NCBI GenBank assembly: GCA_963787835.1
Contig: CAWBEI010000002.1
Span: 96,001-160,000, forward strand
DNA length: 64,000 nucleotides
DNA from: Ignavibacteriota bacterium
GTDB taxonomy: Bacteria > Bacteroidota > Ignavibacteria > Palsa-1295
Reading direction: 5' to 3'
The notes beneath the pieces are model-generated. The model did no database searches. It saw only the letters and a list, made by a program, of their open reading frames with translations, and was not told where the DNA came from. Numbering within the stretch: position 1 is the stretch's first letter; every line of letters starts with the position of its first letter. Shown one piece after another: positions 49,237 through 56,959 of the stretch. A program made the position numbers and the translations under genes.

Positions 49237-51330
49237 TCATGCAGGAATATAAATATCGAATCGAGCCCCTTTATGAAGTTCGCTGGTTGCGGTAATAATG
49301 CCATTATGATTCTCCACGATCTTTTTTACGATGGCGAGACCTATGCCTGTGCCGGCATATTCTTCTTTATCGTGAAGTTTTTGGAATACTTCAAAAATGC
49401 GATCGTTGAATTTGGGTTCAAAGCCGATGCCGTTATCGCTAACGGTGATGTGGCAATATTTTTTGTCGGGGGAAAGCTTTTCGTTGTTCAGATGACTACC
49501 CGTTTCGATGGTACTTGTGATAATGATATGCGGCGACACCTGAGGAACCGAAAACTTGAGTGCGTTGCCGATCAGATTTAGCATTAATTGCCGGAACTGA
49601 AACCGAATGACGTTGACCGGGCAAAGATCGATGGCCTCGATGACCGCGTGTTTCTCCTCGATGCTTTCCCTCAATTCTGTCTTTACTTCTTCGATAATGA
49701 TATTCAGATCCGTATTGACGAATATTCTTTCCGCCGTATTGACACGAGAAAATGCAAGAAGATCCTCGATCAGGGTTTGCATCCGTTTCGCGGATTCCTG
49801 TATTCGGCGGAAAAACTCTTTGCCTTTCTCGGATAGGTTCGCATTTTCATTTTCGCTGATCCGGCTTACAAAAGTTTGAATTTTGCGGAGTGGCTCCTGT
49901 AGATCGTGGCTCGATACATAAGTGAATGCGAGAAGCTCTTTATTGGCAATGCTTAATTCCTCGGCTCGTTTTTCCTTTTCGTCATTTTGAAAGGCGAGTT
50001 CTTTGTTGGCAATGATGAGCTCGGCGGCCCTCTTTTCTTTTTCATCGTTTTGGAACGCAAGTTCCTCGTTAGCGATGATCAGTTCAGCCGCGCGTTTTTC
50101 CTTTTCTGCGGCTCGCTTCTCTTTTTCATTGCTTTGAAAAGCAAGCTCCTCGTTGGCAATGATAAGCTCTGCGGCCCGCTTCTCTTTCTCATCGTTTTGA
50201 TAGGCCAGCTCGATGTTCGCAATATTTAGCTCTGCGGCGCGCTTTTCTTTCTCATGGTTTTGAAAGGCAAGTTCGATATTCGCGATATTTAGCTCTGCTG
50301 CACGTTTTTCTTTTACTTGATTTTGGACAGCGAGCTCTTTGTTGGCAACGACCAATTCTTCAGCCCGCTTTTCCTTCTGATCGTTTTGAAAAGCGAGTTC
50401 TTTGTTCGCTATACTTAGTTCCGCAGCTCGCTTTTCTTTCTCTTTATTCTGAAATGCGAGTTCCTTGTTGGCGATCCTCAGCTCCTCGGCGCGTTTCTCC
50501 TTTTCCTCATTTTGGAACGCAAGTTCCTTGTTGGCGACACCTAACTCCGCTGCACGTTTTTCCTTTTCATCGTTTTGATAGGCAAGCTCGATGTTTGCAA
50601 TGTTCAGCTCTGCAGCGCGCTTTTCTTTTTCTTTATTTTGGAAGGCAAGTTCATCGTTGGCAACAACAAGTTCAGCGGCGCGTTTTTCCTTCACCTGATT
50701 TTGATAGGCCAGCTCTTTGTTGGCAATGACCAATTCTTCGGCGCGTTTTTCTTTCTGATCGTTCTGAAATGCAAGCTCTTTATTCGCAATGCTTAACTCG
50801 GCTGCTCGCTTTTCTTTTTCTTTATTTTGAAATGCAAGTTCTTTGTTGGCGATGCCTAACTCGGCAGCGCGTTTCTCTTTTTCTCCATCTTGGTAAGCGA
50901 GTTCTTTATTAGCGATACCTAACTCTGCCGCTCGTTTTTCTTTCTCATCGTTTTGGAATGCAAGCTCCTTGTTAGCGATATTTAGTTCTGCCGCTCGTTT
51001 TGCCTTCTCTTTATTTTGAAACGCAAGTTCCTTGTTCGCGATGATAAGCTCTGCCGCGCGTTTTTCCTTCTCGTCGTTTTGGAAGGCGAGTTCTTTATTG
51101 GCAATGATCAACTTATCCGATTTCTTACTCTTTGACCCATTTTTTTTGCTCGTGGCGACAATTGCAGCATCAGCCACTGCTTCGGCAACCGCCGCTTTGG
51201 CGACATCTGCTTTAGCTACCGCATCTTTGGCAACTATTGCTGTTGCGATCGCTGCTTTGGCTACCGCTGCCGTGGCTGCGGCCGCTGTGGGAAGTCGGTA
51301 CGCGAATTTCGTTAATTTTGCTGTTTTCAT
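49237..51330 (-). CDS. Cytoplasmic histidine kinase with a long coiled-coil repeat region and no recognisable sensor domain
   Basis: H-box SHDLQEPLRKI, NLIGNALKF, DNGIGF, GTGIGLAIVKKIV; no TM/PAS/GAF seen. Confidence 0.92.
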   Translation of the reverse strand: MKTAKLTKFAYRLPTAAAATAAVAKAAIATAIVAKDAVAKADVAKAAVAEAVADAAIVATSKKNGSKSKKSDKLIIANKELAFQNDEKEKRAAELIIANKELAFQNKEKAKRAAELNIANKELAFQNDEKEKRAAELGIANKELAYQDGEKEKRAAELGIANKELAFQNKEKEKRAAELSIANKELAFQNDQKEKRAEELVIANKELAYQNQVKEKRAAELVVANDELAFQNKEKEKRAAELNIANIELAYQNDEKEKRAAELGVANKELAFQNEEKEKRAEELRIANKELAFQNKEKEKRAAELSIANKELAFQNDQKEKRAEELVVANKELAVQNQVKEKRAAELNIANIELAFQNHEKEKRAAELNIANIELAYQNDEKEKRAAELIIANEELAFQSNEKEKRAAEKEKRAAELIIANEELAFQNDEKEKRAAELIIANKELAFQNDEKEKRAEELSIANKELLAFTYVSSHDLQEPLRKIQTFVSRISENENANLSEKGKEFFRRIQESAKRMQTLIEDLLAFSRVNTAERIFVNTDLNIIIEEVKTELRESIEEKHAVIEAIDLCPVNVIRFQFRQLMLNLIGNALKFSVPQVSPHIIITSTIETGSHLNNEKLSPDKKYCHITVSDNGIGFEPKFNDRIFEVFQKLHDKEEYAGTGIGLAIVKKIVENHNGIITATSELHKGARFDIYIPA
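49957..51111 (-). repeat. 18 tandem 63-bp (21-aa) repeats plus one 21-bp (7-aa) insertion inside the kinase
   Basis: Consensus LxIANKELAFQNxEKEKRAAE counted in the translation; extra KEKRAAE after unit 16. Confidence 0.95.
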
Positions 51331-51800
51331 AATGGTATATTCTCCAGATCGCCTTTGATAACAAAGTTTTCTGTTGCCGGCTGGGTCAAATTATCTTCCG
51401 TCGCAAGCAGGAGAGCTTGGTAAATTACTTTCTTAAGTTGCGAAAATTCAGCGGGCTTGCGGATGTAATAATTCGCCCCTTTTTTGTACAGCAAGTTCAC
51501 CACGTCTTGTTCGAACGACGTCGAGAAAATGATCACAGGAAGATGTTTCAATTTTTCATCAAGCTTTAATTCCGCTAAGACCTCGAACCCGTTTTTGCGA
51601 GGCATGTTGAGATCGAGGAAAAGCACATGTGGAGGCGGAGGCTCGAGTTTGTCTTCTTCAAGCAATCGCATGAGCTGCTCGCCATCATGCACGGTGGTAA
51701 GTTTTGCCGTGATCGGCAGTTCGTCTAATGCATCTTTGAAAAAGAGGCAATCGTCTTTGTCATCATCGGCCAGAAGTAGGATCACTGGATTCGGCATCAT
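51327..51800 (-). CDS. Single-domain response regulator (Rcp1-like receiver)
   Basis: LADDDKDD, FLDLNMPRKNG, IFSTS, GANYYIRKP; 4-bp overlap with the kinase start. Confidence 0.93.
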   Translation of the reverse strand: MMPNPVILLLADDDKDDCLFFKDALDELPITAKLTTVHDGEQLMRLLEEDKLEPPPPHVLFLDLNMPRKNGFEVLAELKLDEKLKHLPVIIFSTSFEQDVVNLLYKKGANYYIRKPAEFSQLKKVIYQALLLATEDNLTQPATENFVIKGDLENIPL

Positions 51801-51841
51801 CTTTAGAAAATAAAAAAAAATCGTTATGACTATGAGATCGG

Positions 51842-53125
51842 TCAGCTTTTGTTATAGGGATCAAGTAATTGTGCGAGTGCCGGATTCCTCCGAATTTCCG
51901 GTTGTTCGTTGAGCCATGCCTGGGGGATGGGCGCTAACCCATCGGCGACATCTTTTTCTAATTTACTTCCCGAGGAATTCCTTACATACCGTGCAAACAA
52001 TGTTTTATATTTGTCTTTGACTTCATCTTCCTGTCGGATACGAATCTGCTCTTCGTCTCGGAGTAGTTGCTGCTTCTCTCGTGCTTCGTTTCGTTCTTCC
52101 TGAATGCGTAATCGGTTATCAAGTGCAGCCCATCGCTTTTCTTCTTTTTCCTCTTTGATATGCCGAGCTTCCAGATCGTCAGAGACCAATCCCTTTCGCA
52201 TCACTTCCCCTTCTTCTTTCGTCTCTTTTACCTGTTGTGCAACAAGAATTCTTTCTTCGGATGCTGATTCCACCGTTTCCTTCTGAAGCCGGAGTGACTC
52301 ATTCAACAATTCCCACCGTTCGTCTTCTTTTCTATCTTTCACTTCGCGGGCTTTCAGATCGTCTAAGGCTAATCCGATGCGAAGCACTTCACGTTCATCC
52401 TTAACATCCTTAAATTGTTGAGCGATGAATTGTCGTTCTTCGGAAGCTATTGCCCCCGTTTCCTTCTGAAGCCTGAGCGATTCATTTAGTGAGTCCCATC
52501 GCTTATCTTCTTTTAGATCTTTCACATGTCGAGCTTCCAGATCGTCAGAAACTAATCCTTTTCGAATCACTTCACCTTCCTCTTTGATCTCTTTTACTTG
52601 CTGAGCAACGAGAAGCCGTTCTTCGGTTGCTAATTCCACCGTTTCGTTCTGAAGTCGGAGCGATTCATTCAATAGCTCCCATCGCTTATCTTCTTCTTTC
52701 GCTTTAATTCCTCGCGCCTTCAGGTCCCCAGACGCCACTTCTTGAAGCCTTACGACTTCCTGCTGTTCCTTTTGTTCTTTTGCTTTCTGAGCTTTTAGAT
52801 TGCCGAAGGCAAGGTCTTTTTGATGCGCTGCTTCAATTTCTTCACGCCTTCGTATCCGTGGAGCACGAGCGAGCGTGATGAGGTAGAGCGCGACCGTCGG
52901 TGCCACGACCACAATTGCGGCAGTGACCAGCCCTCGCATGAGGATAGAATCGATCCCGGTGTTATTGAGAAGGTAATTATAGATGAAGAGCGATGACGTT
53001 AGAGTTATACCGATACCTTTCACTAAAAAGGCGGTAGGGAAAAACTTATGGGCGATCGTGAACAAGCTGTGGCGTTTGCCCGGTGTGAGCGTCGGAAGTG
53101 GCCGTTCCTGCCATTTAAGTGACAT
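51842..53125 (-). CDS. Hypothetical membrane-anchored coiled-coil protein with 61-aa tandem repeats
   Basis: Two N-terminal hydrophobic segments, then repeats whose Trp codons lie at 52679, 52496, 52313 and 52130 (183-bp period). Confidence 0.75.
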   Translation of the reverse strand: MSLKWQERPLPTLTPGKRHSLFTIAHKFFPTAFLVKGIGITLTSSLFIYNYLLNNTGIDSILMRGLVTAAIVVVAPTVALYLITLARAPRIRRREEIEAAHQKDLAFGNLKAQKAKEQKEQQEVVRLQEVASGDLKARGIKAKEEDKRWELLNESLRLQNETVELATEERLLVAQQVKEIKEEGEVIRKGLVSDDLEARHVKDLKEDKRWDSLNESLRLQKETGAIASEERQFIAQQFKDVKDEREVLRIGLALDDLKAREVKDRKEDERWELLNESLRLQKETVESASEERILVAQQVKETKEEGEVMRKGLVSDDLEARHIKEEKEEKRWAALDNRLRIQEERNEAREKQQLLRDEEQIRIRQEDEVKDKYKTLFARYVRNSSGSKLEKDVADGLAPIPQAWLNEQPEIRRNPALAQLLDPYNKS

Positions 53126-53182
53126 GATTTTTTACTATTATTGTTCGGAATGTGGCGCAAATAATTTTGGGTCTATTCCGAT

Positions 53183-54406
53183 TTATTTTGTAATCTTATT
53201 GGATAGGCCCATTTGTTTATCCCGTTCCCCCAAGCCCGTAATCCATGCAATAATTGTTTGCAGGCTGAGTTCTACATTGCCCACCTGGCAATGATTTTGC
53301 GCCTGTTCTTTTTCGGTGAATAACCGCGCTGTCAGCGAGCGCGCATTTTTAAGTATTTCTATCTGGCCGTAAAACTGTTGCATGGGAACGTAATGGTCTT
53401 TGCTCCCTGCGAAAAGTAAAACATCCTGTTTTACCAGGCGCGAGACGCTGCGGGTTTCAAATGCACCGGTCTTCGTAAAAAATTCGTAGGGGCTTTTTGC
53501 GCCCAAGGTTTGCATTCCCTGTTTAACACCCCACTCAATTGCCAGGCTTTTTTTCATCTTTTGCTGAATAATGGCATTAAGTATAGGAGATGCACCCAAC
53601 TTCATTAAGGTTGAGACAATGGTTTGTGCAGAAGGCTCCATTGTTCTATAAGGGAACTCCCGGAAATCCAAAACTATATCATCACACACTACCCTGCTTA
53701 TTCTTGATTCAAAAGCGGCAGCTCGGATTGCAAGACACCCCCCAAGCGAATACCGCAACAGTGTAACATCTTCCAGATTGAAGTAATCTATAACAGCTTT
53801 GCATGGCTTATGCCATTCATGCGTCATGGGCAAATGGCCTTCTTCCAGTGTTGCTCCCTGCCCCGGACCTTCAAACGTAATTATATCAAAACCATGTTCA
53901 AAAAAATATAGCTGATGCCCAAACAACTCCTCAATATAACTGTCGAAACCTCCGAAGAAAATAATAGTTCCGATGGGCGATTCCGGCGTGAACCGGTATG
54001 CACTCATGGTGATTTTCTCATACGGGATGTTGAAATGCTGCGTATCCTGTATTTGGTAATACTCCTTCATCCACTGTATGTAACGAAGGCGGCTTGCATC
54101 TTTCCTGCCGTCGTCGGGAAACATAAAAAATTCGGCTGAACGCAGATAACATGCAGCATGTAGCAGGCGGTTTTGCACGTATGCTTTTTCGGAAAGAGCC
54201 AAAAATTCACGGGTATAATCGGCATAGTTGTGGATAAGTGGGGTTACTTCCCTCATCTCATCAAGCATCTGTTCCGAACCGTCAGAGAACCGGTTCATTT
54301 GATAATTGAGACTAATATCGGGGTGGATGGTATAATACCCAATATTAAATCCTTCTTTAACTCTAACTACGGTCGTTTTTTTAGGATCTAAAGTTTCCGT
54401 TTTCAT
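53183..54406 (-). CDS. Alpha/beta-hydrolase (FrsA/DUF1100-like)
   Basis: GGFDSYIEE, FEGPGQG, RYSLGG elbow, DHYVP, NHCQVGN. Confidence 0.82.
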   Translation of the reverse strand: MKTETLDPKKTTVVRVKEGFNIGYYTIHPDISLNYQMNRFSDGSEQMLDEMREVTPLIHNYADYTREFLALSEKAYVQNRLLHAACYLRSAEFFMFPDDGRKDASRLRYIQWMKEYYQIQDTQHFNIPYEKITMSAYRFTPESPIGTIIFFGGFDSYIEELFGHQLYFFEHGFDIITFEGPGQGATLEEGHLPMTHEWHKPCKAVIDYFNLEDVTLLRYSLGGCLAIRAAAFESRISRVVCDDIVLDFREFPYRTMEPSAQTIVSTLMKLGASPILNAIIQQKMKKSLAIEWGVKQGMQTLGAKSPYEFFTKTGAFETRSVSRLVKQDVLLFAGSKDHYVPMQQFYGQIEILKNARSLTARLFTEKEQAQNHCQVGNVELSLQTIIAWITGLGERDKQMGLSNKITK

Positions 54407-54428
54407 TTTATTTTGTTTTACCTGTGTG

Positions 54429-55097
54429 TTAATAACATACTTCTACCCTGGCCTTAAAAGTTTTTTCGTCGTTCAAATGAGTTACCATGTAATCGGCAAG
54501 GTCGGCGCGCGAAATACTAGATGGGTTGCGTAAATGTTCATTGATGGCTATTCTATATTTTCCGGTTCGCTTATTATTAGTGAGCCGTGGAGCACGAATA
54601 ACGGTCCAATCCAAATCAGATTTGCTAAGCACTTTTTCCATCCGTAACATGTCAGCATAAATATATTTGAATAACCGTTGTAAAATATATTTTACGACAA
54701 ACTTCATTATGAAAGAACTTTTTGGGGGAATGATTACCGCGCCAGCCGTTATACAAACGATACGCTTAATCCCTGCTTTTTCCATGACCGTAACGATGTT
54801 ACTTACTCCTTGTGAATAAACGGTGGTGGGCTTTTTTCTAGGGCTTCCTAAACACGAAATAATAGCATCTTTCCCTTTCACTGCATCTTCAAAAGTAGCT
54901 GGCTGAAGTACATCTCCTTTAATAATTTCCAGATCCTTATTAGTGAGGGGAAAAGCATCGGGATTCCGAACAATAACGGTAACCCGATAACCTGCTTCGA
55001 GTGCTTGCCGTGCAATAAGTTTGCCTGTTCCGCCCGTGGACCCGAATACCATTATGGTTTTCATCGTTGTTTTGTTTAGCGCCGATGTTTCAGTCAT
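54429..55097 (-). CDS. NAD(P)-binding flavin reductase/atypical SDR (BVR-B-like)
   Basis: VFGSTGGTG, GDVL, DWTVIRAPRL, ISRADLA. Confidence 0.88.
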   Translation of the reverse strand: MTETSALNKTTMKTIMVFGSTGGTGKLIARQALEAGYRVTVIVRNPDAFPLTNKDLEIIKGDVLQPATFEDAVKGKDAIISCLGSPRKKPTTVYSQGVSNIVTVMEKAGIKRIVCITAGAVIIPPKSSFIMKFVVKYILQRLFKYIYADMLRMEKVLSKSDLDWTVIRAPRLTNNKRTGKYRIAINEHLRNPSSISRADLADYMVTHLNDEKTFKARVEVCY

Positions 55098-55139
55098 CCT
55101 TTTGTGTTAAATTTTAATCTTCACCGCTTGAAGAAAGGA

Positions 55140-55580
55140 TTAGGAATATAGATGGTGAGCTGTACCAGCTTCCGTAAGGGTCAATAAATCAAAGTATTCT
55201 CTAACTTCAACTAACTTACCTTCGTGAACTTCACACATTAGCATAATTGGCAGTTCGAATTTTGTGCCCGGAGCAGGCCTCTGGGATGAAGTCGATGGCC
55301 ACTTATCGGTAACGATTCCCGTATGCACATATTCCCAGCAGAGCTTTGTTCCTTCGGCATTGGTGAAAACGTTTGTTGGCTTAATGCCCAGACCGTCACC
55401 GTGTTTCCTTGCCGCTACTGAACGGTTTGCGAGTTCCAGCATTTTATCAATTCCGATGAATGTTTCTCCGGTTGCCATTATTTTCCACTTGCCATCCGAG
55501 GCAAGAAGTTTTTTCCATCCTTCAATGTCATCGGAAGTAAATGCGGCAGTAAAAGCTTTTGCTAATTCGTCAGTGTTCAT
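55140..55580 (-). CDS. SnoaL/NTF2-like protein
   Basis: WEYVHTG, GTKFELP, EGKLVEVREYFD. Confidence 0.82.
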   Translation of the reverse strand: MNTDELAKAFTAAFTSDDIEGWKKLLASDGKWKIMATGETFIGIDKMLELANRSVAARKHGDGLGIKPTNVFTNAEGTKLCWEYVHTGIVTDKWPSTSSQRPAPGTKFELPIMLMCEVHEGKLVEVREYFDLLTLTEAGTAHHLYS

Positions 55581-55620
55581 TGGTTTTATAGTCCTTTTTA
55601 TAGGATTAAGTGTAAAAGTA

Positions 55621-55659
55621 ATTGCAAAAGCCCCGCCATAGGGCGGAGCTTATTGCAAT
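55621..55659 (-). terminator. Probable intrinsic terminator hairpin
   Basis: attgcaa.aagc.ccgcc / ggcgg.gctt.ttgcaat, followed by T-rich sequence on the minus strand. Confidence 0.5.
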
Positions 55660-55783
55660 GCGATTTTCACCCCCTCGGAATAATCCGAGAAGGAGAAATT
55701 GGAAATGGTCAAATATGAATTCATAGCATTTCCAATTTCCTCGATACGTTGAGTGATTAAAAATAGTAGTCTGCTACGCTAAT

Positions 55784-55996
55784 TTAGCGAGCTGTGACAT
55801 CTTTATTTTCTTTCACGACCTCTTTGTTTTGTGTCCCAACTGGTTGATCTCCACCGACGCTTTTGGGTGCCGAATTGCTGCTTCCTGCCGAGCTGGTTTG
55901 CCCGACTGGAGTGGTGGCTTTCTGCTCCGTGCTGGATGTGGATGTGCTCGGAGTCGATGATGCGCTGGCGATAGGAGTTGATGTTGAATTATTCAT
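55784..55996 (-). CDS. Small Ser/Thr-rich disordered protein
   Basis: ATG after an A-rich leader; low-complexity 70-aa ORF co-oriented with its neighbours. Confidence 0.5.
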   Translation of the reverse strand: MNNSTSTPIASASSTPSTSTSSTEQKATTPVGQTSSAGSSNSAPKSVGGDQPVGTQNKEVVKENKDVTAR

Positions 55997-56110
55997 TGTA
56001 TATTTTTATTGTTTAAAGAGAGCATACAATATTGTGTGCCCTAAAAGTTGTAGTTGAATTGTGGCTAGAACCGTATCCCGCTGCAATATCGAGTGATCCC
56101 ATACGTTTTA

Positions 56111-56179
56111 TCAGATGTGGCAGCTACCCACGACGAACAACGTGGCTAAAACGACTAAAACGATTACAACGATATACAT
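56111..56179 (-). CDS. 22-aa hydrophobic peptide MYIVVIVLVVLATLFVVGSCHI
   Basis: Manual translation; leader agaagggtaactattATG; paralog of 56303-56374. Confidence 0.55.
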   Translation of the reverse strand: MYIVVIVLVVLATLFVVGSCHI

Positions 56180-56302
56180 AATAGTTACCCTTCTTAAATT
56201 AATGTTATTGTGATATTATTGGTATTTCATTTATGGATAAAAACCGAATTCCCGCTGCAATATCGAATCTTCATCGTCTTGCACCGATATGATCCATAAC
56301 CT

Positions 56303-56374
56303 TTAACAGGCGTGGCAGCTACCGACGACGAACAACGTGGCCAAAACGACTATAACGATCCAGAGTATATTCAT
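56303..56374 (-). CDS. 23-aa hydrophobic peptide MNILWIVIVVLATLFVVGSCHAC
   Basis: Manual translation; leader agaaaggtaactattATG; paralog of 56111-56179. Confidence 0.55.
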   Translation of the reverse strand: MNILWIVIVVLATLFVVGSCHAC

Positions 56375-56422
56375 AATAGTTACCTTTCTTCGCGTAATGC
56401 TTATATGATTCCGGTATTTTAT

Positions 56423-56932
56423 TTAAGGATAAAACCGGATACCTGCTGCAGCATCAAGCCCTGCTCCCGTTGGCGAAAGCCCGATGATCGGACCAAGCTC
56501 GAAAAATATTTCAATCGGCGATCGTTCTGGAATGATGTTCAATCCGAACATCACGCGGGCTGCGATGCCCATACTATTATCGCTGCTATAAAATTCGCGG
56601 CCACCATAGATACCGTTCCCATCGCCGAAGGCAAGGCAAAGCCCCGGTCCGGCGAACATTTTGACCACACGACTATTGAAGACATCGAAATGCCAAAGAT
56701 AGTCGCCATCGAGGCGAGTCGGACCGAAGTCCGACTCGCCGATGTCGAATGTGAACGCATTGACGGGGTTCGTCCATATTTTAATGGTAGCCCCCAGAGG
56801 ATCGAACACGACCAGGCCGAATCCGAAGGTTCGACCATCGGGCCCCTGAGCACGGCTTTCGCTCGAGCCGAGCATCAGGGTTAATAACCCGACGGCCAAA
56901 ATCTTTGCGCTTATTTTATTGAATGTTCTCAT
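56423..56932 (-). CDS. Small outer-membrane beta-barrel protein (DUF3996-like)
   Basis: Signal peptide; FGFGLVVFDPLGATIK, DYLWHF, PIEIFFELGP, AGIRFYP C-terminus. Confidence 0.75.
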   Translation of the reverse strand: MRTFNKISAKILAVGLLTLMLGSSESRAQGPDGRTFGFGLVVFDPLGATIKIWTNPVNAFTFDIGESDFGPTRLDGDYLWHFDVFNSRVVKMFAGPGLCLAFGDGNGIYGGREFYSSDNSMGIAARVMFGLNIIPERSPIEIFFELGPIIGLSPTGAGLDAAAGIRFYP

Positions 56933-56959
56933 GCGATTCCTTGCGTGTTTCAGGTGTGA

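Larger units (their letters stand above)
56062..56457 (-). repeat. Degenerate tandem duplication (about 175-195 bp unit) of OMP gene 3' end plus small ORF
   Basis: Three related segments at 56062-56092, 56231-56266 and 56423-56457 alternating with two similar sORFs. Confidence 0.8.

Noticed and set aside
49957-51111. 63-bp repeats as a non-coding array or DGR
   Set aside because: The repeats are contiguous and in frame, vary mainly at synonymous sites, and no reverse transcriptase is present.
56062-56457. Repeat-spacer pattern as CRISPR or integron cassettes
   Set aside because: The intervening segments are homologous to each other, the repeats are degenerate coding sequence, and no attC structure, integrase or cas gene was seen.
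56312-56884. 190-aa plus-strand ORF
   Set aside because: Antisense to the beta-barrel gene and a peptide ORF, both of which have better support.
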